Shown here piece by piece: positions 45,430-54,984 of a DNA stretch of 64,000 nt. The first letter of the stretch is position 1. Every line of letters starts with the position of its first letter. The stretch lies in NCBI GenBank assembly GCA_012271165.1, contig JAAXGX010000197.1:34145-98144 (forward strand), read 5' to 3'. The DNA is from Vicinamibacteraceae bacterium (lineage in GTDB: Bacteria; Acidobacteriota; Vicinamibacteria; Vicinamibacterales; UBA8438). The translations under genes were made by a program, and so were the position numbers. The notes under the pieces were generated by a model, which was given only the letters and a program-made list of their open reading frames with translations, was not told where the DNA came from and made no database searches.

Positions 45430-47460
45430 TTACCCCTGCGGCAGCGCGAACGCCACGAGGGAGGCGTCCGGTCCCGCGCCCGTGGCGATGACGATGAACT
45501 GGCGGCCGGACCGGGTGACGTAGGTCATCGGGTTCCCGCTCGTCCGGAACTCCGTGGGCGCGCGATGGATCTCGCGGCCGGTGGCCGCGTCGAACGCGTA
45601 CAGGTAGCGCTCGCCGCCGCCGATGAAGACGATCCCGCTCGCGGTCGACATCGGCCCGTTGTTGCCCGGCGTGCCGAGACGCGCGGGCAGCTCGGCGTCC
45701 CGCAGCAGCGGATGGGCCCGAATGATCGGGCTGCCCTCGCCGAACGGCACCTTCCAGGCAATCTCGCCCCGGTGCAGATCGATGGCCACGAGGTTGGCGT
45801 AGGGCGGCTTGATCATCGGGATGGCGCCGAGACGGCTCCGCGCGGCCGGCACCTCGCCGGCCAGGCCGCGGAAGATCCCGCCCGACGCGCCCCAGGCGCA
45901 GTTGTTCGTGTAGGCGACGTCCACGTCGGGCAGATCGGGATCCGTCGCGCAGACCTGATTCGGCGACACCCCCTCGGACGACCGCACGACGAGCAGGCCG
46001 AGATCCTCGATGAACGTCGCGCCGCCCCAGTTCGCGCCGCCCGACTCGCGCGGGCGCATCAGCGTGCCCTGCAGGCTCGGCGGCGTGAACAGCGGCCCGA
46101 GCCGGAACTGCTGCATCTGCTCGATCGCCAGCGCGTGCACCTCGGGGGTCAGGTCGTTGGCGTCGTCCAGCGACGTGCCCTGGCCGGCGAACGGCGGCGG
46201 CCGGGTGGGGAAGGGCTGGGTCGGCCACGGAACCTCCCCCGGCACGTCGGTCTCGGTGTCGACCGGACGCTCCTCGATCGGCCACACCGGCTCGCCCGTG
46301 ACCCGGTCGAAGACGTACGTGAAGCCCTGCTTCGATACCTCGGCCACCGCCTCGATGGTGCGCCCGTCGACCGTGATCGTCACCACGTTCGGGGGCGAGG
46401 TGAAATCGTAGTCCCAGAGCCCGTGATGGACGCCCTGGAAGTGCCACAGCCGCTCGCCCGTGCGGGCGTCGAGGCACAGGAGCGACTCGGCGAACAGGTT
46501 CGCCCCCAGCCGGCGGCCGCCCCAGTAGTCGCCGCTCGGCGTGCTCGTCGGCACGTACAGCAGGCCTCGCTCCTCGTCGAGCGACATCAGCCCCCACACG
46601 TTGGCGTGGCCCGTGAAGCGCCACGACTGATCCTCCCAGGTGTCGGCGCCGAACTCGTCGTTCGACTGCGGCACCGTGTAGAACGCCCACCGCCGCTCGC
46701 CGGTATGCACGTCGAAGGCCTGCACGGACCCGGGCGTATCGAAGCGGTGCTGGATGCGGTCGGGCACGCGGCTGCCGACGATGACCAGATCCTCGAAGAC
46801 GACCGGCGGCGACGTCTGGTCGAACTCGTCGTGGCTGACCTCGTTGGGGAAGCCCTCGGTCAGGGCGACCTCGCCGCCGTCGCCGAAGCTCGTGATCAGG
46901 TCGCCGCTGCGCGCGTCGAGCGCGTAGAGGCTCACGCGGCTGTTGATGAAGACGCGCATGTCGTCACCCTCGCCGTGCACGGCGACGCCGCGGTGCTTGT
47001 AGCCGCCGGGGCTGGCGCCCGCGGCGCCGGTTTCGTAGGCGCGCGGGTCGAAGGCCCACAGCTCCGCCCCCGTCTCGGCGTCCAGCGCCACCACCCGGGT
47101 GTACATGGTGGAGAGGTACAGGACGCCGTCGATCATCAGCGGGGTCGCCTCGAAGCTGCCCGGGCGGGTGCCGTACTCGGACAGCGGCAGCTCGTTCGGC
47201 TCCCACTCCCAGACGATCTCGAGCTGGTCGACGTTGGCCGCCGTGATCTGGTCCGCCGGCGAGAACTTGGTGTGCGCCTGATCGGCGCCGACGTACGGCC
47301 ACTCGATCGTCGAATCGGGGGCCTGCGCCGCGGCTGGCGCGCCGGCGGCCGCCACGAGCACGGTCGCGAGCACCGTCGCGCGGACTCTGCTCGTCCGGCT
47401 GCGCCTCCGCGTGCTTGCGGCGGGGGTCCCCCTCACTTCGATGCTGGCTCGCAGTGACAT
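45430..47460 (-). CDS. PQQ-dependent dehydrogenase, glucose/quinate-dehydrogenase-like, periplasmic
   Basis: The 676-aa ORF has an Arg-rich signal and the motifs HRGVA, GANLFAESLLCLDARTGERLWHFQGVHHGLWDYDF and GGANWGG. Confidence 0.85.
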   Translation of the reverse strand: MSLRASIEVRGTPAASTRRRSRTSRVRATVLATVLVAAAGAPAAAQAPDSTIEWPYVGADQAHTKFSPADQITAANVDQLEIVWEWEPNELPLSEYGTRPGSFEATPLMIDGVLYLSTMYTRVVALDAETGAELWAFDPRAYETGAAGASPGGYKHRGVAVHGEGDDMRVFINSRVSLYALDARSGDLITSFGDGGEVALTEGFPNEVSHDEFDQTSPPVVFEDLVIVGSRVPDRIQHRFDTPGSVQAFDVHTGERRWAFYTVPQSNDEFGADTWEDQSWRFTGHANVWGLMSLDEERGLLYVPTSTPSGDYWGGRRLGANLFAESLLCLDARTGERLWHFQGVHHGLWDYDFTSPPNVVTITVDGRTIEAVAEVSKQGFTYVFDRVTGEPVWPIEERPVDTETDVPGEVPWPTQPFPTRPPPFAGQGTSLDDANDLTPEVHALAIEQMQQFRLGPLFTPPSLQGTLMRPRESGGANWGGATFIEDLGLLVVRSSEGVSPNQVCATDPDLPDVDVAYTNNCAWGASGGIFRGLAGEVPAARSRLGAIPMIKPPYANLVAIDLHRGEIAWKVPFGEGSPIIRAHPLLRDAELPARLGTPGNNGPMSTASGIVFIGGGERYLYAFDAATGREIHRAPTEFRTSGNPMTYVTRSGRQFIVIATGAGPDASLVAFALPQG

Positions 47461-47545
47461 GCGCGCTCCTCCACTGAATAGTGTGAATAGTGTGCAAGCG
47501 GCAAACCGCTGTCAAGACGGATCGGGTAGAATGCAGGCTGATCAG

Positions 47546-47620
47546 ATGGCGCTCCACGACATGCTGCGGGTAGTCGTCGTCGGTGCCGCTGGCGTCATCA
47601 CGCCGGCGGGCGCCGGCTGA
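47546..47620 (+). promoter_or_regulatory. ilv leader peptide ORF (MALHDMLRVVVVGAAGVITPAGAG)
   Basis: The 24 codons include four consecutive Val codons (gta gtc gtc gtc) plus further Val, Ile and Leu codons. The ORF ends 31 nt before a terminator hairpin that abuts ilvD. An alternative in-frame ATG is at 47531. Confidence 0.6.
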
Positions 47621-47650
47621 TGACCCTGCGGGAGCGAGCGGGCATCCAGG

Positions 47651-47686
47651 GGCCATCATCCGCAGCCGGATGATGGCCATTTTTTT
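47651..47686 (+). terminator. rho-independent attenuator terminator upstream of ilvD
   Basis: ggccatcatccg-cagc-cggatgatggcc is a perfect 12-bp stem followed by a-ttttttt. The ilvD ATG is at 47698. Confidence 0.75.
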
Positions 47687-47697
47687 GGTTTCGGACC

Positions 47698-49374
47698 ATG
47701 AGCGACAACGGGGATTCGAAGCGCAGCGACGCCATCACCGCGGGGCCGAGCCGGGCGCCGGCGCGCGCCATGCTCAAGGCGGTCGGCTTCACCGACGAGG
47801 ACCTGCGCCGGCCGATCATCGGCGTGGCGAACACGTGGATCGAGATCGGGCCGTGCAACTACCACCTGCGCGACCTCGGCGAGCAGGTCAAGGCGGGGAT
47901 TCGCGCCGCCGGCGGCACGCCGATGGAGTTCAACACGGTGTCCATCTCCGACGGCATCACGATGGGCAGCGAGGGCATGAAGGCCTCGCTCGTCAGCCGC
48001 GAGGTCGTGGCCGACTCCATCGAGCTCGTCGCCCGCGGGAACCTGTTCGACGGCCTCGTGATCCTGGTCGGCTGCGACAAGACGGTGCCGGGCGGCGTGA
48101 TGGCGCTGGTGCGCCTGAACACGCCGGGCCTGGTGCTCTACGGCGGGTCGATCGCCCCGGGCCGCTGGGAGGGCCGGGACGTCACGATCCAGGACGTGTT
48201 CGAGGCGGTGGGCGCGCACGCCGCCGGCAAGCTGACGGACGCGCAGCTCGGCGCGCTCGAGAACAGCGCCTGCCCGGGCCCGGGCGCGTGCGGCGGCCAG
48301 TTCACGGCGAACACCATGTCGATGGTGTGCGAGCTGCTGGGCGTGTCGCCGCTGAGCGCGAACGGCGTGCCGGCGATGGTCGCCGAGAAGGGCGACGTGG
48401 CGCACCGCGCCGGCCAGCTCGTGATGGAGCTCGTACGGAACGATCTGCGGCCGCGGCAGATCGTGACGCGGGCCGCGGTGGAGAACGCCATCGCCGGCGT
48501 CGCCGCAACCGGCGGCTCGACGAACGCCGTGCTGCATCTGCTGGCCATCGCGCACGAGGCGGGCGTCGACCTGGAGATAGACGACTTCGAGCGCATCAGT
48601 GAGCGGACGCCGCTGCTGGCCGACCTGAAGCCGGGCGGGCGCTTCGTGGCGACCGACCTGTACCGCGCCGGCGGCATCGGGCTCGTCGCGAAGCGGCTGC
48701 GCGAGACCGGCCTGCTCCACCGCGACGCCCTCACGGTGACCGGCGCGACCATCGGGGAAGCGGCGGGCGCGGCGGCGGAAACGGCGGGGCAGGTGGTGGT
48801 GCGGCCGGTGGCCGAGCCGCTAACCCCCACGGGGGGGCTCGTGATCCTGAAGGGCAACTTGGCGCCCCACGGCTGCGTGGTGAAGGTCGCCGGTCACGAG
48901 CCCGCGACGCACCGCGGCCCCGCCCGCGTGTTCGACAGCGAGGAGGCGGCGTTCGAGGCGGTGGGGCAGGGTCGGATCCGGGCCGGCGACGTCGTGGTCA
49001 TCCGCTACGAGGGGCCCAGCGGCGGCCCGGGCATGCGGGAGATGCTCGCCGTGACGGCGGCCATCGTGGGAGCGGGGCTCGGCGAGTCGGTGGCGCTGCT
49101 CACCGACGGCCGGTTCTCGGGCGCCACCCGCGGCATGATGGCGGGTCACGTGGCGCCCGAGGCGGCCAGGGGCGGGCCGATAGCCATCGTGCGCGACGGC
49201 GACACGATTCTGTTCGACGAGCGGAACCGGAAGCTGCAGCTCGAGGTGAGCGACGCGGAGATCGAGTCGCGGCTGGCCGCCTGGCGGGCGCCCGAGCCGC
49301 GCTTCGCGAGCGGCGTCATGGCCAAGTACGCCCGCCTGGTCTCGTCCGCGTCGACCGGCGCGGTGACGAGCTAG
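47698..49374 (+). CDS. ilvD: dihydroxy-acid dehydratase
   Basis: The 558-aa ORF has [28 protein letters not shown] and CPGPGACGG. Confidence 0.95.
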   Translation: MSDNGDSKRSDAITAGPSRAPARAMLKAVGFTDEDLRRPIIGVANTWIEIGPCNYHLRDLGEQVKAGIRAAGGTPMEFNTVSISDGITMGSEGMKASLVSREVVADSIELVARGNLFDGLVILVGCDKTVPGGVMALVRLNTPGLVLYGGSIAPGRWEGRDVTIQDVFEAVGAHAAGKLTDAQLGALENSACPGPGACGGQFTANTMSMVCELLGVSPLSANGVPAMVAEKGDVAHRAGQLVMELVRNDLRPRQIVTRAAVENAIAGVAATGGSTNAVLHLLAIAHEAGVDLEIDDFERISERTPLLADLKPGGRFVATDLYRAGGIGLVAKRLRETGLLHRDALTVTGATIGEAAGAAAETAGQVVVRPVAEPLTPTGGLVILKGNLAPHGCVVKVAGHEPATHRGPARVFDSEEAAFEAVGQGRIRAGDVVVIRYEGPSGGPGMREMLAVTAAIVGAGLGESVALLTDGRFSGATRGMMAGHVAPEAARGGPIAIVRDGDTILFDERNRKLQLEVSDAEIESRLAAWRAPEPRFASGVMAKYARLVSSASTGAVTS

Positions 49375-49394
49375 CGGTTGCGAGGGAGCCAGTC

Positions 49395-51116
49395 ATGTCT
49401 TCGATGCGGACCGGTGCGCAGATCGTGTGGGAGGCGCTCGTCCGGGAGGGTGTCACGACCGTCTTCGGCTATCCCGGCGGCGCGATCCTGCCGGCGTACG
49501 ACGCCATGCTCGAGTATCCGATCCGGCACGTGCTCGTGCGCCACGAGCAGGGGGCCACGCACATGGCCGACGGCTACGCGCGCGCCAGCGGCGAGGTCGG
49601 CGTCGCCATCGCCACGTCCGGACCCGGCGCGACGAACATGGTGACCGGCATCGCCACGGCCATGCTGGACTCGTCGCCCATCCTCTGCATCACCGGCCAG
49701 GTCGGCAGCAAGGTGATCGGCACGGACGCGTTCCAGGAGACCGACGTCACCGGCGTCACGCTGCCGATCACCAAGCACAACTACCTGGTCTCGGACGTCG
49801 ACGACGTGGCGCCCACCATCCACGAGGCGCTGTACGTGGCCCGGTCGGGGCGGCCCGGCCCGGTGCTCGTCGACATCACGAAGGACGCGCAGCAGGCATC
49901 GACCGAGATGCAGTGGGACCCCGGCGCCGTCAAGCTGCCCGGCTATCGACCCGACCTGCGCGCGTCGGACGCGGAGTACCGCCGCGCCGCCGAGCTGATC
50001 AACGGGTCGAAGCGTCCCCTCATCCTCGCCGGCCACGGCGTGCAGCTCTCGGGGGCGTCGGGGGAGGTCAGGCAGTTCGCCGAGCGGGCCGACATGCCGG
50101 TGGCGATGACCCTGCTGGGCATCGGCGGCTTTCCGGCCCTGCACCCGCTCAACCTCGGGATGATGGGGATGCACGGCGAGGCCTGGGTCAACCAGGCCGT
50201 GCAGGAGGCCGACCTGCTGCTGGCGCTGGGGATGCGCTTCGACGACCGGGTGACCGGCAACGTGAAGACCTACGCGCCGAACGCCCGCAAGGTGCACATC
50301 GACATCGACCCGTCCGAGTTCAACAAGAACGTGAAGGTGGACGTGGCGCTGGCCGGCGATCTGCGGATGGTGCTCGAGGAGCTTTCGCCGCTGATCGCGG
50401 CGGGCGACCGCAAGAGCTGGCTCGCCGCCATTCGGGAGATGAAGGGCGAGGTGGCGGTGCGCGACATCCAGAACCTGCCGGACAGCGGCCACCTGTACGC
50501 GGCGCACGTGATCCACGACATCTGGCGGCTGACGAAGGGCAAGGCCGTGGTGGTGACCGACGTGGGCCAGCACCAGATGTGGGAGGCGCAGTACTACCAC
50601 CACGAGCAGCCGCGTTCGCTCATCACCTCGGGCGGACTCGGCACGATGGGCTTCGCCCTGCCCGCCGCCATCGGCGCCAAGCTGGCGCAGCCCGACGCGG
50701 AGGTCTGGGTGGTGGCCGGTGACGGCGGCTTCCAGATGACGATGGCCGAGCTGGCGACGATCGCGCAGGAGAAGATCAAGATCAACGTGGCCATCATCAA
50801 CAACGGCTACCTCGGGATGGTGCGCCAGTGGCAGGAGTTCTTCTACGAGCGGCGCTACGCGGCCACGCCGCTGCTGAGCCCCGACTTCGCGAAGCTCGCG
50901 GAGTGCTTCGGGCTGACCGGGATGCAGGTCGACAAGCGCCAGGACGTGGTGCCCAGCGTCGAGCGGGCGCGCGCCGACGAGCGGACGGTCGTCATCGACT
51001 TCCGCGTCGAGCAGGAGGACACGGTCTATCCGATGGTGCCGGCCGGCGCGGATCTCCACAACATGATCCGCCGCCCGAGCCCGAACCCCATCGTCGAGAC
51101 GGCCGACGACGAGTAG
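49395..51116 (+). CDS. ilvB: acetolactate synthase large (catalytic) subunit
   Basis: The 573-aa ORF has FGYPGGAILP, HEQGA.HMADGYAR and the ThDP motif GDGGFQMT...NNG.LGMV. Confidence 0.95.
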   Translation: MSSMRTGAQIVWEALVREGVTTVFGYPGGAILPAYDAMLEYPIRHVLVRHEQGATHMADGYARASGEVGVAIATSGPGATNMVTGIATAMLDSSPILCITGQVGSKVIGTDAFQETDVTGVTLPITKHNYLVSDVDDVAPTIHEALYVARSGRPGPVLVDITKDAQQASTEMQWDPGAVKLPGYRPDLRASDAEYRRAAELINGSKRPLILAGHGVQLSGASGEVRQFAERADMPVAMTLLGIGGFPALHPLNLGMMGMHGEAWVNQAVQEADLLLALGMRFDDRVTGNVKTYAPNARKVHIDIDPSEFNKNVKVDVALAGDLRMVLEELSPLIAAGDRKSWLAAIREMKGEVAVRDIQNLPDSGHLYAAHVIHDIWRLTKGKAVVVTDVGQHQMWEAQYYHHEQPRSLITSGGLGTMGFALPAAIGAKLAQPDAEVWVVAGDGGFQMTMAELATIAQEKIKINVAIINNGYLGMVRQWQEFFYERRYAATPLLSPDFAKLAECFGLTGMQVDKRQDVVPSVERARADERTVVIDFRVEQEDTVYPMVPAGADLHNMIRRPSPNPIVETADDE

Positions 51117-51129
51117 CAGGCTGGCATCC

Positions 51130-51702
51130 ATGCAGACGCGGCACACGTTCTCCGTCTACGTCGAGGACAAGCCCGGGGTCCTCAACCGCATCGCCTCGCT
51201 GTTCCGGCGGCGCGCCTTCAACATCGAGTCGCTGACGGTCGGCCACACCGAGACCCCCGGCGTCTCGCGGATGACCATCCTCGTCAACAGCGACGTCCAG
51301 GGGGCGCGGCGCCTGGAGGCCAACCTGTACAAGCTGGTCAACGTCCTGCGCGTGCACGACATCACGGCCGAGCCGGCGGTGTACCGCGAGCTGGTGATGA
51401 TCAAGGTGGCCACGCGGACGCTCGAGAACCGGATCCACGTGCTCCAGCTCGCCGAGGTGTTCCGGGCGCGCGTGGTCGACGTCGCGCCCGACTCGGTCAT
51501 CGTCGAGACGACCGGCACGGAAGACAAGATCGAAGGCCTGCTCGAGGTGCTGCGCCCGCACGGCGTGCTGGAGCTGGTGCGGACCGGCCGGGTCGGGATG
51601 GTGCGCGGCCCGCAGAGCGTCATGGTCGAGCCGGCGCCCCAGCGGCCGCGGTCCGAGCGGCCGGCCGCGGCCGACGACGGGTCCATTTCCTATTCGGTAT
51701 AG
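51130..51702 (+). CDS. ilvN: acetolactate synthase small (regulatory) subunit
   Basis: The 190-aa ORF has the ACT-domain sequence HTFSVYVEDKPGVLNRIASLFRRRAFNIESLTVG. Confidence 0.9.
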   Translation: MQTRHTFSVYVEDKPGVLNRIASLFRRRAFNIESLTVGHTETPGVSRMTILVNSDVQGARRLEANLYKLVNVLRVHDITAEPAVYRELVMIKVATRTLENRIHVLQLAEVFRARVVDVAPDSVIVETTGTEDKIEGLLEVLRPHGVLELVRTGRVGMVRGPQSVMVEPAPQRPRSERPAAADDGSISYSV

Positions 51703-51755
51703 AGTATCCCGGCGCTCGACGGTGAGCGCCACGATCACGAGCGAGGACTGCCGGT

Positions 51756-52769
51756 ATGGCGACGATCTACTACGACGATGCGGCCGACCTCTCGCTGATT
51801 CGCGAGAAGAAGGTGGCGGTGTTCGGCTACGGCTCGCAGGGCCACGCGCACGCCCTGAACCTCAAGGACAGCGGGGTGGACGTCCGGGTGGTGCTCCAGG
51901 CCGGCAGCCGGTCGCGCGCCCGGGCCGAGGCCGAGGGGCTGACCGTCACGCCGGGCGGCGAGGCGTCGGCGTGGGCCGACGTCATCATGCTGCTCACGCC
52001 GGACACGACGCAGGCCGGCATCTACGCCGAGCAGGTCGCGCCGCATCTGAGCGCCGGCAAGATGCTGATGTTCGCGCACGGGTTCAACATCCGCTTCAAG
52101 ACGATCGCGCCGCCGGCCGACGTGGACGTGGCGCTGATCGCTCCCAAGGCGCCGGGGCACCGCGTGCGCGAGGTCTTTCTCGAGGGCGGCGGCACGCCGG
52201 CCCTGATCGCCGTCGAGCAGGACGCGACCGGCAGCGCCCAGGCGCTGGCCCTGTCCTACGCGAAGGCGCTCGGGTTGACGCGCGCCGGCGTCATCGAGAC
52301 GACGTTCGCGGAGGAGACCGAGACCGACCTGTTCGGCGAGCAGACCGTGCTGTGCGGCGGCGTGAGCGCGCTGGTGAAGGCCGGCTTCGAGACGCTGGTC
52401 AAGGCGGGCTACCAGCCGGAGGTGGCCTACTTCGAGTGCATGCACGAGCTCAAGCTCATCGTCGATCTGTTCTATCGCGGCGGCTTGAACTACATGCGCT
52501 ACTCGGTGAGCGACACGGCCGAGCACGGCGACTACACCGGCGGCCCGCGGATCGTCACGGACGAGACCCGCAAGGCGATGCAGCAGATCCTGGCGGAGAT
52601 TCAGGACGGCACCTATGCCGCGCGGTGGATCGCCGAGGACCGGGCCGGCCGGCCCTGGTTCATGGCCCAGCGCAGGGAGGAGCAGGCCCACCAGCTCGAG
52701 CAGGTGGGGGCCGAGCTGCGTAAGATGATGCCGTTCCTCGACGCGGTGACGCTGAAGGAGAAGGTGTAG
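51756..52769 (+). CDS. ilvC: ketol-acid reductoisomerase (class I)
   Basis: The 337-aa ORF has [24 protein letters not shown] and [11 protein letters not shown]. Confidence 0.95.
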   Translation: MATIYYDDAADLSLIREKKVAVFGYGSQGHAHALNLKDSGVDVRVVLQAGSRSRARAEAEGLTVTPGGEASAWADVIMLLTPDTTQAGIYAEQVAPHLSAGKMLMFAHGFNIRFKTIAPPADVDVALIAPKAPGHRVREVFLEGGGTPALIAVEQDATGSAQALALSYAKALGLTRAGVIETTFAEETETDLFGEQTVLCGGVSALVKAGFETLVKAGYQPEVAYFECMHELKLIVDLFYRGGLNYMRYSVSDTAEHGDYTGGPRIVTDETRKAMQQILAEIQDGTYAARWIAEDRAGRPWFMAQRREEQAHQLEQVGAELRKMMPFLDAVTLKEKV

Positions 52770-52907
52770 GGCGGGCAACGCCCTGGCGCGTTCCACCGCG
52801 GCATGGAAGTCCGCGGTGGAACGAACCGGGACGCGGGCGAGCGTTTCGGACCTGAAGAACCGAGCGACTCCCCCGCCGCAGGGCGGGGGAGCTGCGGCAA
52901 GTCTCTG

Positions 52908-53330
52908 CTACTTGGCGTCTGCCGCGGCAGACGGCCGGGCAGGTTTCTTGGCTGCCGCCGCCGCGCGCGCCTCCGCCGCCTTGGCCGCGCGCTCGGCGGA
53001 ATTCCGAAGGCCGAGGCGCGTGAAGATGCGGTAGACCATGTCGCTGCCGCCCGCGATGAGCAGGGCCGTCAGCGCCTGTCCCGAGAACGTGGCGGCGTGC
53101 TCGCCGTCGCCGGCGACGTTGAGCACCTGGCTCACGAGGTCGACGTTGAAGGAGTCGACGACGATCCACGCCAGGATGACCGTCAGGGGCGTCTTCACGC
53201 CCCTGCCTTCGAAGCGCTTGGCGAACCATCTCCAGTTGAAGACCGTCGTCATCGCGGCCTCGAAAATAACCGACAGCAACAGGAACAACACCAGAATCTG
53301 CACCAACTCGAGCCAGGCTGACTGGGTCAT
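52908..53330 (-). CDS. hypothetical membrane protein with Ala/Lys-rich tail
   Basis: The 140-aa ORF has two or three hydrophobic segments. I recognise no family. Confidence 0.45.
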   Translation of the reverse strand: MTQSAWLELVQILVLFLLLSVIFEAAMTTVFNWRWFAKRFEGRGVKTPLTVILAWIVVDSFNVDLVSQVLNVAGDGEHAATFSGQALTALLIAGGSDMVYRIFTRLGLRNSAERAAKAAEARAAAAAKKPARPSAAADAK

Positions 53331-53550
53331 TTGCTTTCTCCTGGTAACGCGTTCGGTAACGATTGTGGTCCTAGTACGCCGTGCCGCTGCTGCTTCTGGA
53401 AATCGCTGCCATTATACCGCTTGCCCCCGCCGATTCAAGGCTCGCGGCGGGCGCCGCGGTCGCGGCCCGGCGCCGGCGTTCGCAGGGCGTTTCGCGCGCC
53501 CGAAACGCCCGTCGCCGCACCCTGTATGCTTGGGAGTCTGCACCGCAAAG

Positions 53551-53735
53551 GCGCGCACGGCGCGCCTCGGCGGCAGCGGCGCGGGGCGAAGGGGTCCCCG
53601 CAAGCGGACGCCGGGGGTTCGGGGCGCAGCCCCGTCTGAATGATGCCGCGCACAGCGCGCCTCGGCGGCAGCGGCGCGGGGCGAAGGGGTCCCCGCAAGC
53701 GGACGCCGGGGGTTCGGGGCAAAGCCCCGTCTGAA
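53551..53735 (+). repeat. GC-rich structured intergenic repeat, two tandem units (53551-53640 and 53645-53735)
   Basis: The units are near-identical: gc[gc]cgcac[ag]gcgcgcctcggcggcagcggcgcggggcgaaggggtccccgcaagcggacgccgggggttcggggc[ga][ca]agccccgtctgaa. Confidence 0.9.
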
Positions 53736-53752
53736 AGAAGCAGGAGACGAGA

Positions 53753-54244
53753 ATGCCGCGGATTGCCTTCGACGAGTTGCCCGGGGACGCCCGGGTCTGG
53801 ATCTTCGCGGCGGCCCGCCCGCTCGGGCGGCCGGAGCAGGAGCGGCTGCTGGTCGAGGTGGATGGGTTCATCGCCGGCTGGGGAGCGCACGACGCCCCGC
53901 TGACGGCCGGGCGGGAGCTGCGCTACGACCGGTTCCTGTTCGTGGCCGTCGACCAGCGGCGGGTCGGGCCGTCGGGCTGCTCGATCGACGCGCTGGTGCG
54001 GGAGATGAAGCGGCTGGGGCGGGAGCTCGGCGTCGAGCTGGTGGACCACGCGCCGGTCGTCTTTCGGGAGGGGGACGAGATCAGGCGCGTGGCGCGCGAC
54101 GAGTTCGCAACGCTCGCTGCGGCGGGGGCGGTCGGACCCGACACGACCGTCTTCGACAACACGCTCACCCGACTCGGCGACGTGCGGGCGGGGCGGTGGG
54201 AGACCCCGGCCGCCAACTCGTGGCACGCGCGCGCGTTCTTCTGA
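53753..54244 (+). CDS. hypothetical conserved protein
   Basis: The 163-aa ORF follows GGAGACGAG. The composition is coding-like, but I recognise no family. Confidence 0.5.
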   Translation: MPRIAFDELPGDARVWIFAAARPLGRPEQERLLVEVDGFIAGWGAHDAPLTAGRELRYDRFLFVAVDQRRVGPSGCSIDALVREMKRLGRELGVELVDHAPVVFREGDEIRRVARDEFATLAAAGAVGPDTTVFDNTLTRLGDVRAGRWETPAANSWHARAFF

Positions 54245-54257
54245 GTAGAATGGGGCC

Positions 54258-54959
54258 ATGTCTACCCGACACAGGCTGATCCTGGCCTTGGCGGGCGCGG
54301 CGCTCGCGGCGGCGGTGCTGCCGGCAGTGGCCGGCGCGCACCCCATGGATGAGCGGAACGCCGCGTTCGTCCGGAGCATCGACGGCTTCGCCTTCTGGCC
54401 GTTCCTGTACCTGGGCGCCAAGCACATGGTGACCGGCTACGACCACATCCTGTTCCTGGTCGGGGTCATCTTCTTCCTCTACCGGCTGCGGGACGTGGTG
54501 CTGTACGTCACCCTGTTCACGGTGGGCCACAGCATCACGCTGCTGCTGGGCGTGCTCGCCGGCCTGAACGTCAACGCGTACGTCATCGACGCCATCATCG
54601 GCCTGTCGGTCGCCTACAAGGCGTTCGAGAACATGGGTGGATTCGAGCGCCTGGTCGGCTACCGGCCGAACACGCGCTGGGCGGTGCTCGTGTTCGGCCT
54701 GTTCCATGGCCTCGGCCTCGCCACGAAGCTGCAGGAGTTCACGGTCAGCGAGAACGGGCTCGTCGCCAACATCCTGAGCTTCAACGCCGGCGTGGAGGTG
54801 GGGCAGATCCTCGCGCTGTCCGCGGTGCTCCTCGCCTTCCTGTACTGGCGCACGCGCCCCAGCTTCGAGCGCCACGCCTTCGTGACCAACTCCGCGCTCA
54901 TGACCGGCGGGTTCCTGCTGGCCGGCTATCAGTTGGTCGGATACGTGCTGTTCTCCTGA
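54258..54959 (+). CDS. HupE/UreJ family membrane protein
   Basis: It has a signal peptide ending in AGAHP, the G.DHILFL motif (TGYDHILFLVGVIFF) and multiple TM segments. Confidence 0.75.
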   Translation: MSTRHRLILALAGAALAAAVLPAVAGAHPMDERNAAFVRSIDGFAFWPFLYLGAKHMVTGYDHILFLVGVIFFLYRLRDVVLYVTLFTVGHSITLLLGVLAGLNVNAYVIDAIIGLSVAYKAFENMGGFERLVGYRPNTRWAVLVFGLFHGLGLATKLQEFTVSENGLVANILSFNAGVEVGQILALSAVLLAFLYWRTRPSFERHAFVTNSALMTGGFLLAGYQLVGYVLFS

Positions 54960-54984
54960 AGACAGCCGATTGTCGGAGGCACCC

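Noticed and set aside
47504-47532. A sigma-70 promoter call for the ilv leader (TAGAAT at 47527-47532)
   Set aside because: The -10-like hexamer is plausible, but I could not find a convincing -35 hexamer at 16-18 bp spacing. I did not list it as a feature.
53551-53735. Tandem repeats considered as a possible CRISPR array
   Set aside because: There are only two units and they are directly abutting, with a 4-nt junction and no unique spacers. The units are about 90 bp long, and the same unit occurs singly and inverted elsewhere. This is a dispersed repeat family, not a CRISPR array.
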